The notes under the pieces were generated by a model. It had not been told where the DNA came from and did no database searches. It saw only the letters and a program-made list of their open reading frames with translations. A DNA stretch of 64,000 nucleotides from Verrucomicrobiales bacterium. Lineage in GTDB: Bacteria > Verrucomicrobiota > Verrucomicrobiia > Limisphaerales > J093. Position numbers and translations under genes: made by a program. The stretch is from the NCBI GenBank assembly GCA_024233305.1, contig JACKPV010000028.1, positions 93,036 to 157,035 on the forward strand, read 5' to 3'. Of the stretch, positions 36,955 through 45,429 are shown piece after piece (the first letter of the stretch is position 1; every line of letters begins with the position of its first letter).

Positions 36955-38625
36955 TCAGGAAGCGGTCTCGTCCTCGACGGTGCCGATGAGGATCAGTTCC
37001 ATCCCGGCGACCAGCGTGGTGGCGGGCTCCGGGTTGATGAGGAGTTCGTCGTCCTGCCGCACGGCCACGATGCTGCAGCCGGTCTGGGGCCGGATTTCGC
37101 TCTCGACAATGCTCTTCCCCGCCAGCGCCGCAGGGAGCGGGATGCGGAACACCTGCAACCCTTCGGCCAGCATCAGCACGTCCGCGTGGCGCAGGGCGTT
37201 GAAGATGACGTTTGCGCCCATCGAGCCGTAGGAAAGCACGAAATCCGCGCCGGCGCGGTGGAGGGTCGAGACGTTGCGCTCATGGGTGGCCCGGCTGAGG
37301 ATCTGCATGTCGGGACGCAACCGACGGCAGAGGATGGTCAGGTAAACGTTGGTATCGTCGTCGTGGGTCGTGATGATCGCGGCGGGCGCCTCCGGGATGC
37401 CGGCGGCGTTGAGATTGTCGAGGTCCGCGGCGTCGCCGACCAGGGCGCGCTTGTCCCCCTGCACGTTGGCCGCGTCGCGCTCGAGGATACGGTAATCCAG
37501 ATTCCGACTGCAGAACGCCGCGGCGGTGGCCTGGCCCACTCGTCCGCCGCCCACGATCAGCAGGGGCGCCGCGGACACGTTGTAGATGCAGAACAACTCG
37601 TCGTAACGCCGCAGTTGCTCGGCCGAACCGGCGAGCACCAGGATGCTGCTGGGGGTGATCTCCGTTTCCGATGTCGGCGTCTGCAGCTTTCCGCGTTCCC
37701 AAACGCCCACCACGGTGATGCCGAGGCTCTCCCGCAACCGGCTGTCGAAAAGGCGCCGGCCCACCAGCGGCGTCCCGGAAGCGGTGGCCTCGGCGATCAG
37801 GAGGCGGTCGAAGCTGCCGATCACATGCGACCGGGCGTCACCGGCGATGGTGCGTCGGGCCAGGGAACGCCCCATCATTTCATCCAGTCGAAGCACCTGC
37901 GTCGCGCCGGCAAGCTTGAGAATCTCCTCCGCCGCCGCCGAACTCGCCGTGGCCAGGATGGGGATGTCGGGGGAGACTTCCCGCACGGTCGAGGTGATGT
38001 TCGTGTTGATCACGTCGGACTGCGTCAAGACCACCATGGCCGCCTGCCGCACCCGCGCCTTTTCAAAGGTCTCCGGCAGGTCCGGTTCCCCCACCATCAC
38101 CGCAAAGCCCAGATCATGGCGCTCGAGCGCCGTGGACAGGTCCGGGGTCAGGATCACGTAGGATCGTTCGTACCGGCCGAGCTTCTCGATCAGCGCCCCG
38201 GTCACCGGGTTCAGATCGGTCACGATGACGTGGCCCGTGGTCTTCGGTTCGAGCCGGCGAGGGGCGCGCGCCTCGGATTGCGCCTTCATGTAGGGCGCGT
38301 AGAAGAACTCGATGAACGTGAACGGCAGCACGACCAGCAGCGAGATCATCCCCGTCAGCAGCACCACCATGGAAAACGCGCGGCCCAGGTCGGTGTGAAA
38401 CGTGATGTCGCCGAACCCGAGTGTGGACATCACCGTCAGGGTCCAGTAGAAGCCCGTCAACCAGGAGAACTCCTGCCCTTCGCGCAGCATGAGCAAGTGA
38501 AAGCCGATGCTGTAGAACACGATCAGGAGGAAGAAGATCCCCAGATAACGCAGCAGCAACCGCACGTTTCGCTGGCTCGTGCGGCTTTGCAGGAAAGCGG
38601 TGATCTGGCTGATGAACGACTTCAC
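36955..38625 (-). CDS. Potassium channel with two RCK/TrkA-N domains
   Basis: GTG at 38625 gives (M)KSFISQITAF. There are two TM helices flanking the selectivity filter TVMSTLGFGDITF. Two Rossmann-type RCK domains follow, one carrying LLIVGGGRVGQATA. The open frame continues upstream to 39255, so the start is uncertain. Confidence 0.75.
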   Translation of the reverse strand: MKSFISQITAFLQSRTSQRNVRLLLRYLGIFFLLIVFYSIGFHLLMLREGQEFSWLTGFYWTLTVMSTLGFGDITFHTDLGRAFSMVVLLTGMISLLVVLPFTFIEFFYAPYMKAQSEARAPRRLEPKTTGHVIVTDLNPVTGALIEKLGRYERSYVILTPDLSTALERHDLGFAVMVGEPDLPETFEKARVRQAAMVVLTQSDVINTNITSTVREVSPDIPILATASSAAAEEILKLAGATQVLRLDEMMGRSLARRTIAGDARSHVIGSFDRLLIAEATASGTPLVGRRLFDSRLRESLGITVVGVWERGKLQTPTSETEITPSSILVLAGSAEQLRRYDELFCIYNVSAAPLLIVGGGRVGQATAAAFCSRNLDYRILERDAANVQGDKRALVGDAADLDNLNAAGIPEAPAAIITTHDDDTNVYLTILCRRLRPDMQILSRATHERNVSTLHRAGADFVLSYGSMGANVIFNALRHADVLMLAEGLQVFRIPLPAALAGKSIVESEIRPQTGCSIVAVRQDDELLINPEPATTLVAGMELILIGTVEDETAS

Positions 38626-39279
38626 GACCTGCCCCCCGGAGACCTTCCGACCGCCCCGCCATTCCACGGCGCGCGGCGTTCGCAGGCTTCCGGGGAAGCG
38701 GACCGTAACATGCGCTTGCCGCGTTCGTCCAACTGTCCCACCTGCGCGACAACGGTGCTCGCCCCGCCTCGCGCTGGTGTTCCTCGGCGCCTCGCCCATG
38801 GCATCGAACGAGACATCGACCGCATGGCAACTTCCGCAGGCGGACGGCCCCACCAGAGGATAGGCATGGGTCGACTCCGTGATGGTCCCCTGCTTGCAGA
38901 CCCCGGCATCGCCGGCAACGTCCGCCCCGTCCAACGTGACCCGGATGCCGTCCCCGTTGATGGTGAGCCCGAGATCCTCGCTCCGCGCGCCAGGACCGAA
39001 CACCTCCCCCCGAAGGAGACGAGCCGGTACGGAGCCGGATTGGCGGGATCGGACCTGGTTCCAATCGGACGGCAGGCAGCCGCTGTCCAGCTCGGTGGCG
39101 CGCCACGAGTAACAGCCGTTCGAACCCGGGAACCGCTCGACAGAGCACGAGCCCCCCGCAGCGCCGGACGCACGCGAGGGGAGAAAATGGTCTCGCCTCC
39201 CGGCTGCGCTGCCACCGGCGGGCCCTGCATCCCGCGCCCTGTCGGGAGTCCACAAAAGCCCGGCGACGGGCCGGCAGAC

Positions 39280-39699
39280 TCAAGGCGCCGGAAGCCGGGT
39301 GAAGGCGGCGATGGGTCTCTTGAAGCCCGCCTTCTTCACCGCATCCATCGCTCCGACCACCTTGCCCCAGGGAGCGTTGGTGTCGGCGCGAATCGAAACC
39401 ACGGTGTCCGGATCCTCGTCGGCCCGCTGGCGCAGGGTGGCCTCGAGGGGATCGAGTTCAATCGCCTCGCGCCCGAGGTAGAAGTACGGCGCTTCATTGG
39501 CAATGGTGATGACCAAGCTGTCGTCCTGCGACGCGCCCTGGCGCCCCTCGCGGGATTCGGGCAGTGTGAGCCGGATGGCGGGCTGCATCTTGAACGTGCT
39601 GGTCGCCATCATGAACACCAGCAGCACCATCAATATGTCGATCAACGGCACGATGATGACCGCCGGCGGTTGACGTCGTTTGCGCTCGTAGAAGTTCAT
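39280..39699 (-). CDS. exbD: ExbD/TolR-family biopolymer transport protein
   Basis: The N-terminus is MNFYERKRRQPPAVIIVPLIDILMVLLVFMMATSTF. The start overlaps the exbB stop in an ATGA arrangement. Confidence 0.85.
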   Translation of the reverse strand: MNFYERKRRQPPAVIIVPLIDILMVLLVFMMATSTFKMQPAIRLTLPESREGRQGASQDDSLVITIANEAPYFYLGREAIELDPLEATLRQRADEDPDTVVSIRADTNAPWGKVVGAMDAVKKAGFKRPIAAFTRLPAP

Positions 39700-40370
39700 G
39701 ACCGCCGGCCTTGCGGCTCCTCGGATCCCTCCCCGCTCGAACGCCCCTTGCGCCTTCCCGACGGGGTGGGCTCGCGGTAAAGCCGGCGCAGCAGGTCGTC
39801 GAGCAGGTTCTCCATCTCGACGGCGAAGGTCTCGACCTTCTTGGTGAAGTAGCTCCAGGCCACGAGCGAGGGAATGGCGATCAACAGCCCCATGAGGGTC
39901 GTGTTCAGGGCGATGGCGATGCCCCGCGCCAGCACCGAATTGTCGCTCACCCCGGCCTGGCCGATGTCCCCGAACAACGTGATCAGGCCGTGAATGGTGC
40001 CGAGCAACCCGAGCAACGGCGCCACCCCGACGACGACCTCGAGAACCACCAGGCCGCGTTCGAGGGACACGACCTCCTGGCGCGCCCGGGTTTGCAGGGC
40101 ATTGCCGTTGTCGTTGCGCGGCCAGCCCAGATGCGCCACGGACGTGGCCACCAGCCGGCTGAGGGTTGAAGGACTTTTTTCACAGGTGCTCTGCACCAGC
40201 GGCAGATCATCCCGGCCCCGGCACTCCGCCAGCAACGTCTCGAGATCCGCCGGCACGACCCGGCTCCGACGCAGGGCCAGACCGCGTTCGACGATGAACG
40301 TGACGCTGACAATCGACGTCAGCACCAGCAACCCCATGAACGGCCCGCCCGCCAACAGAAAATCCCACAT
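39696..40370 (-). CDS. exbB: MotA/TolQ/ExbB proton-channel protein
   Basis: The start is trimmed to the ATG at 40370 (MWDFLLAGGPFMGLLVLTSIVSVTFIVER). The conserved C-terminal motif is LLGTIHGLITLFGDIG...ALNTTLMGLLIAIP. Confidence 0.85.
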   Translation of the reverse strand: MWDFLLAGGPFMGLLVLTSIVSVTFIVERGLALRRSRVVPADLETLLAECRGRDDLPLVQSTCEKSPSTLSRLVATSVAHLGWPRNDNGNALQTRARQEVVSLERGLVVLEVVVGVAPLLGLLGTIHGLITLFGDIGQAGVSDNSVLARGIAIALNTTLMGLLIAIPSLVAWSYFTKKVETFAVEMENLLDDLLRRLYREPTPSGRRKGRSSGEGSEEPQGRRS

Positions 40371-40399
40371 ACGGCTTCTTCTTCCGTCTCCGACCGCGA

Positions 40400-41482
40400 T
40401 CAATAGTAAAAGGTGAACCGGATGTCCCGGTAATCGCCGCCCACCAGCCGGACGACGTCCGGGGGCCAGCTTTCGTACGGCGATGGCTTCCGAATGGCAA
40501 GCTGACAAACCGCCGTGTAGAGGTCGCCCACATCCGATTCGGCCACGTTCATGTTGCTGACCCGACCCTCCTTCGAGAGCCGGAACTCGATCACCACCTT
40601 GCCCAACCGGTCGAGACTGAAACGCTGTTCCCGCAGCAGAGTGAACCAGCATTGCTGAACGGCATCCACGAGCTGGCGGTCGTAGTCGCCCAGGGGGCTC
40701 GCCTGAACATCGAGGCTCGACTGGACCGAGAAGCGCTTCACGCCGCCTTCCTGACGAAGCTTCTGACCGACCATTGCGCTGTCGGGATTGAGGCCGCGTC
40801 GCGCAAGCGCCTCGGCCACCGTTCGCGGTCGCTCGGGCGCCGACGGGCGGTTCGCCGCGTGGGGCAGCCCGGGCGAAAGCAGCGGGGTCAACGCGGAAGG
40901 CGGCTTCACCATCGCGAGATCGCCGGTTTCGGGCGACGGATCGATTTCGGCCGCGACCGGCTCGACCTCCTCGGCCGGCGCCTCCGCGCCGGGATCAGGC
41001 GCCGGATCATCGAGCGCAGCAAGGTCCGGAGGCGGTTCAGGCGGACTCGGCTGCAACGGCGCCGAGGCCGAGGCCCGCTCGGTATCCGCGGTCTTCATGA
41101 CCACTTCCTGCGTGCCATCCAGCGCGGGCTGGTCCAGATCCCGGGGCGCCGGGTTGGCCGCCTGCGAACTGACGGCGCCATAAAATTCCGTGTCCAGCGG
41201 AGACGTCGGAGCGGCCTGGGAGGGATCCACATCCACGAAGATAAGCGGCGCCCGCTGCTCAAGTTCACGACTCACGGCGGCCAGTTCCTCCCGCCGGGCT
41301 TCAGCCGCGCGCGCCGCGGCATCGAGCCGCAACAGGCGGGCCAGGGTCGCCATTGGTCCCGAGCGCCACCAATCCAGCCGGTCACCGATCTCGAGCACGG
41401 AGAACAACGTGGCGTGAAACAACAGCGAAAGCAGGAACGCCCGGACGATCGGTCTCGATCCCCGTCCGCGCCGCCGCTCCAT
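40400..41482 (-). CDS. TonB-like energy-transducer protein
   Basis: ATG at 41482 (MERRRGRGSRPIVRAFLLSLLFHATLF) gives an N-terminal anchor. A Pro/Ala/Glu-rich linker follows. The C-terminal GKVVIEFRLSKEGRVSNMNVAES resembles TonB_C. The gene lies next to exbBD. Confidence 0.55.
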   Translation of the reverse strand: MERRRGRGSRPIVRAFLLSLLFHATLFSVLEIGDRLDWWRSGPMATLARLLRLDAAARAAEARREELAAVSRELEQRAPLIFVDVDPSQAAPTSPLDTEFYGAVSSQAANPAPRDLDQPALDGTQEVVMKTADTERASASAPLQPSPPEPPPDLAALDDPAPDPGAEAPAEEVEPVAAEIDPSPETGDLAMVKPPSALTPLLSPGLPHAANRPSAPERPRTVAEALARRGLNPDSAMVGQKLRQEGGVKRFSVQSSLDVQASPLGDYDRQLVDAVQQCWFTLLREQRFSLDRLGKVVIEFRLSKEGRVSNMNVAESDVGDLYTAVCQLAIRKPSPYESWPPDVVRLVGGDYRDIRFTFYY

Positions 41483-41635
41483 TGCCGCCAGGTTGCTCAC
41501 CAAAGTTCAAGGATGCCGCACGGCCACCGGAGCGGCAACCGCAAGTTCCAAGCCGGCCCGTCAGCCGGACGGCCCACGCACCACGAGACGTCGGTGGCGT
41601 CCGGGTTACGATCGGCGATGAGCGGCGCAGGCGGT

Positions 41636-41869
41636 TCACCCTGAGGTCGGGCGGTCGCTGCGCCAGAGCATGATCAGGCAGCCGATGACGAAGGCCAGCG
41701 CGTGCAATCCCAAGACAGCGAGGAACGATCCTCCGAGCAGGAAGAGCCCGACGAGGGTGCAGACCAAGCTGATGCCCGCGCACAACGCCGGGCTGAGGCG
41801 GTCGTCGATCTCGGCCAGTTTGTAGCAGATCCCCGGCAGGATGATGAGCAAACCAATGGTCGTATACAT
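41636..41869 (-). CDS. Small hydrophobic membrane protein (about 77 aa, about 3 TM)
   Basis: ATG at 41869. MYTTIGLLIILPGICYKLAE...LVCTLVGLFLLGGSFLAVLGLHALAFVIGCLIML. No family was recognised. Confidence 0.4.
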   Translation of the reverse strand: MYTTIGLLIILPGICYKLAEIDDRLSPALCAGISLVCTLVGLFLLGGSFLAVLGLHALAFVIGCLIMLWRSDRPTSG

Positions 41870-41986
41870 GGCAGTGGTTCCGATCGGTGTTTGATGCGGC
41901 GACGGATGGACCGCCCCCACCTTGCGCCGCCCTCCGGCGGCCGCCAATTACAAGCCGCCGAAACCCGTGGAAACGCAACCCCCGGC

Positions 41987-43531
41987 TCACCGCACGGTCG
42001 CGAGGCGCGGATCGTCCAGATCGAGCCGGTACATGATCTGATTGTAGTCGTAGCGCGGCGTCGGGAACTCGTTGCCCGAGAAAGTGTTCGCGTACGTGCC
42101 CTCGAAGTAGATCCGCCGCCCGCCGTCCTCATCGAGAAAGGCATGGTGCACCGGGTTGTAGAAGCTGTAGCGCTCGTGGGTCACGATCTTCTTGACCTTG
42201 CGCCACGGACCAGTGGGCTCCAGGGCCTCGCCATACCAAACCTCGCCAAGCGATGACGTGCCCCCCTTCTCGACCGCGATCACCACCCAGCGTTGTCGAT
42301 GGGGATTCCAGTGCACCGAGCCGCGATGCAGCCGCACCCGCTTCCCGGTGTCCACGTCCGTCGGTGAATAATGCGCCTCGTCAGGGCGGATCGCACCGCG
42401 CGCCAGCAAGTCCGCTTCGACCCCGGCGTCTACCGGACGGCCTCCCGACCTCCAACCGAAGCGCAGCCTGCCGGACGCATCACGATCCAACTCCGACGCC
42501 GCCCCCTCCGGGCCCTCCCGAAAGCAGGTCCACGCCTCGTAACGCGCCGGGGCGAGCACCTCCTCCCACCGCGCCCGAACCCGCGCCGTCGGAAACACTT
42601 CTCCCAACAGGAAGAACCGCCCGTCGTCGGAACCAGAACGGAAGGGATGCGCCTGCCCGGGGAAGCACCACCGGGTTTCGGGCGTCAACCGCTGCACGAG
42701 TTCGAACTCCCGGGTCTCCTCGTTGAACACCGCCAAGCCGTGCCCGAGTTCCCGTCCCAGCGAAGCCATGTGCGCGTAATGGCAGACCAACCGTTCCCGG
42801 CCCGTCGCGTCCGGCAGCGTCAGGAAGGCATCCGCCCAAATGAGGCCCCGTTCCACCCCCAGACGGGCCACCGGCCGGCTGAAACCCTCGTCGTCCACGA
42901 AGTAATCGAGGTCCACGCCGCCGGACGGATCAAGGCCGCCTGGCCCCGGGAGGGCGGACTCGGCGCCCGCCATCCAGAAATGCCCGAGCGGGTAGCTGGC
43001 CCGCGAGGTGTCGCCCCAGAACCAGAACAACCGCCCGGCATAAGGCAGTGCCGACACCGAATCCTGCCCGACCACCTTTGCCGCTCCCAACGGGGCCCGC
43101 AGCGGCGCAGGTTCGCCCAGGAGCACGCTGTCACGGTAGATGCCCTCGCCCGTCACCCGGTAGAGGCGCTCGGCCAGGTTGACGCGCTGCAACCGCAGCT
43201 GCGTCCGCAATCCCGGCCGGGCCAGCAACCGGGTCCCGGCATAGCCGAAACCGTCCTTGGGGAATTCGTAGCCGTGACTGCGGACGAAGAAGAAGACCTC
43301 CTGCCCCATCAAACCCGGCTCGTTGAACGCCACCCAACCGGCGCTGTCACTGACGAAACGCAGGTGATGCACCGTCTCCAACTCGACCAGCGGCACCCCG
43401 CGGCCGGTGGCGTCGTCAACGATCTGAATGCCGAAAAAGGCATTGGTGTCTGGGCGGCCCGCCGGGATCGCGGCCATCGCCACGACCCAGCTCAAAACCA
43501 GCGGCCGGAGGGAAGCGGGAACGCTTCGCAC
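41987..43531 (-). CDS. Secreted protein of unknown function, last gene of the cytochrome operon
   Basis: GTG at 43531 lies 4 nt after the stop of the upstream cytochrome gene and gives the signal-like VRSVPASLRPLVLSWVVAMAAIPA. There is no CXXCH motif. The FWFWGDTS motif is vaguely beta-propeller/DUF4185-like. Confidence 0.6.
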   Translation of the reverse strand: MRSVPASLRPLVLSWVVAMAAIPAGRPDTNAFFGIQIVDDATGRGVPLVELETVHHLRFVSDSAGWVAFNEPGLMGQEVFFFVRSHGYEFPKDGFGYAGTRLLARPGLRTQLRLQRVNLAERLYRVTGEGIYRDSVLLGEPAPLRAPLGAAKVVGQDSVSALPYAGRLFWFWGDTSRASYPLGHFWMAGAESALPGPGGLDPSGGVDLDYFVDDEGFSRPVARLGVERGLIWADAFLTLPDATGRERLVCHYAHMASLGRELGHGLAVFNEETREFELVQRLTPETRWCFPGQAHPFRSGSDDGRFFLLGEVFPTARVRARWEEVLAPARYEAWTCFREGPEGAASELDRDASGRLRFGWRSGGRPVDAGVEADLLARGAIRPDEAHYSPTDVDTGKRVRLHRGSVHWNPHRQRWVVIAVEKGGTSSLGEVWYGEALEPTGPWRKVKKIVTHERYSFYNPVHHAFLDEDGGRRIYFEGTYANTFSGNEFPTPRYDYNQIMYRLDLDDPRLATVR

Positions 43532-43535
43532 CGGA

Positions 43536-45353
43536 TCAACCGGAGGATTCGTCCCCCGGCTTGCGGGCGCCGGGTCCTTCCGGCTTCGCGGGCGCGGCAG
43601 GTTCGGAGGCGGCGGCGAGGGTTTCCGTGTCGAGACCATGTTCCTCTTCATACCATTCCCGGGTGACTTTGCCATCCCACCAGGCCCAGTTCATGGGATA
43701 GGTGCCCGGAGCGAGGATCACGTGGTAGAAGTGCCAGACCACGATCGAGAGACAGGCGAGGATGGCCTCGTAGTAATGCACGGTGGTGGCCACATCGACC
43801 GCCCACCGGGGCAGCCACTGCGTCACCGGCATCTTCAGCCAGATCATCAACCCGGTCACCCCCATGATGATGGTGCCCCAGACCACCGCCCAGTATTCGA
43901 CCTTCTCGATGTAGCCGAACCGCGCGAACTTCGGCGGTTTCGGGGCGCGTCCCACGAGATACTGCGTGTTCCGGGCCAACTGGCCCAGGTCGTGCCGCGC
44001 CGGGGCCAGATCCCGCACCAAGCGGCGACCGCGCGCGGTGAACAGCACATAGAGGATGTGGTAGAAACCAAGCGCCAGCAGCACCACACCGGCAAACCGG
44101 TGCAGCCAGCGCCGGATCGCCTCGTCGGCGCCGAACATCAGCGCCAGCCACGAATCCGGGAACTTCAGGGCAAACCCCGTCAGCGCCAGCAAAATGAAGC
44201 TGCTCAACAGGATGAAATGCTGCACGCGCTGGGTCTGGTCCATCCGGGGCACCACCCGGTCCGACGATCGCTTCGCCGCGAGCGCCCGGTGGAGCCAGCT
44301 CAGGAAGCTGTGGAGAGTCATCATGCCCACCACCACGAAGATCATCGCCAGGTAAATCGCCCGGACCCAGCGGTTCACCGTGGTCCCGATGCCGTCGCTG
44401 GACCCGGACGAGAGGTCGAGGTCGAGGTGCACCCGGCCCAGCGCGAAATTTTCGGTGGCGCCGGGATGACACTGGCCACAGGTCTCGACCAGATGATTTG
44501 GGCTGATCGACGAGTCGGGATCGGTGGACGGCAGAATCTTGTGATACCCGTGACAGCTCGCACAATTGGCCGCGTGGGTGTCGCCCATCCGCGCCGCCAG
44601 GCCGTGGTAACTGTCGAAGAAGCTCTCCACCTGCCGGGCGGGCATCTTGAACTTGGTGTTGATCCGCTCCGAGGCATGGCATTTGGCGCAGATCTGTTCG
44701 GCGAGTTTCACCGAGGATACCGCGTTCAACGCCTCGATCCGGTGTTCAGCGTGGCAGTCGGTACAGGTGGGCGCTTCGCGCCGGCCGTCCTGCATCGCCA
44801 TCCCATGCACGCTCGCCGCCACGTCATCGGCCGCGTCCGGATGGCATTCCCCGCAGGTCTCTGCGAGCCGCGACCAGTGGAGGGGGGATTCGAGCGAGGT
44901 CGGGTGGGTGACATTGTGATCCCCATGGCAATCCACGCAGGTGGCCGCCGCGGTGTCCCCCGCCGCCAGGGCCAGGCCGTGCACACTGGCGCCATAGCTC
45001 TCCGACTGATCCTCGTGACAGGTGGCGCAGTCGATCCGCTTCGGGATTACACCGTCGTCGGGATGATCCGAAGTGATGTCGTCGTGGCAGGAGAAGCAGG
45101 TGTTGGTACCGTGCGCGGAGGCGGCGAAGATGGCCTCGTCGACGAAGACCGACACCTCGTTGCCATCGGCGTCCGTCTTCGTCATGTCAGGATCGGAGTG
45201 GCAGAGCAGGCAATCCTCGTCCGGAATCGCGTCCGCCGCCCGCAGACCGCCCACCATCATCAGCGCCGTCAGGACGGCGACCACCCGACTCCGTCGCGGC
45301 CTCCCCGAGCGCGGGGCCGGCCGGCGGCGGACCATTGTCAGATCACTGCTCAT
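43536..45353 (-). CDS. CbcL-like fusion protein: 9-haem c-type cytochrome domain + C-terminal cytochrome-b-type membrane domain
   Basis: Signal peptide RSRVVAVLTALMMVGGLRAADA. The nine CXXCH motifs are CLLCH, CFSCH, CATCH, CVDCH, CGECH, CTDCH, CAKCH, CASCH and CGQCH. Four to five TM helices follow with conserved His (RVQHFILL, WLHRF...FYHILY, VHYYEA...WHFYHV). The start may be 45365 (GTG), 45353 or 45335. Confidence 0.85.
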   Translation of the reverse strand: MSSDLTMVRRRPAPRSGRPRRSRVVAVLTALMMVGGLRAADAIPDEDCLLCHSDPDMTKTDADGNEVSVFVDEAIFAASAHGTNTCFSCHDDITSDHPDDGVIPKRIDCATCHEDQSESYGASVHGLALAAGDTAAATCVDCHGDHNVTHPTSLESPLHWSRLAETCGECHPDAADDVAASVHGMAMQDGRREAPTCTDCHAEHRIEALNAVSSVKLAEQICAKCHASERINTKFKMPARQVESFFDSYHGLAARMGDTHAANCASCHGYHKILPSTDPDSSISPNHLVETCGQCHPGATENFALGRVHLDLDLSSGSSDGIGTTVNRWVRAIYLAMIFVVVGMMTLHSFLSWLHRALAAKRSSDRVVPRMDQTQRVQHFILLSSFILLALTGFALKFPDSWLALMFGADEAIRRWLHRFAGVVLLALGFYHILYVLFTARGRRLVRDLAPARHDLGQLARNTQYLVGRAPKPPKFARFGYIEKVEYWAVVWGTIIMGVTGLMIWLKMPVTQWLPRWAVDVATTVHYYEAILACLSIVVWHFYHVILAPGTYPMNWAWWDGKVTREWYEEEHGLDTETLAAASEPAAPAKPEGPGARKPGDESSG

Positions 45354-45429
45354 GACACCTTTCACAGCCGTGAAATCGTTGTCCGCGCTCCGGCCCGGGC
45401 CCCGGCGCGAACACCCCGTTCTCCCCGGG

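Noticed and set aside
39100-39135. gccgttcgaacccgg resembling a tRNA T-arm
   Set aside because: The flanking bases do not form a T-stem, and no acceptor or anticodon arms can be drawn. It lies inside the coding-like frame discussed in the findings.
36955-39255. Full-length 766-aa model of the K+ channel gene
   Set aside because: I did not adopt it as the primary model. The first about 210 residues lack any channel-related feature, and the first TM helix begins right after the GTG at 38625. It is retained as an open question in the findings.
36769-39780. 1003-aa plus-strand ORF
   Set aside because: It is antisense to the K+ channel and exbD genes, which both have unmistakable motifs. Its N-terminal part merely reads through REP-like copy C.
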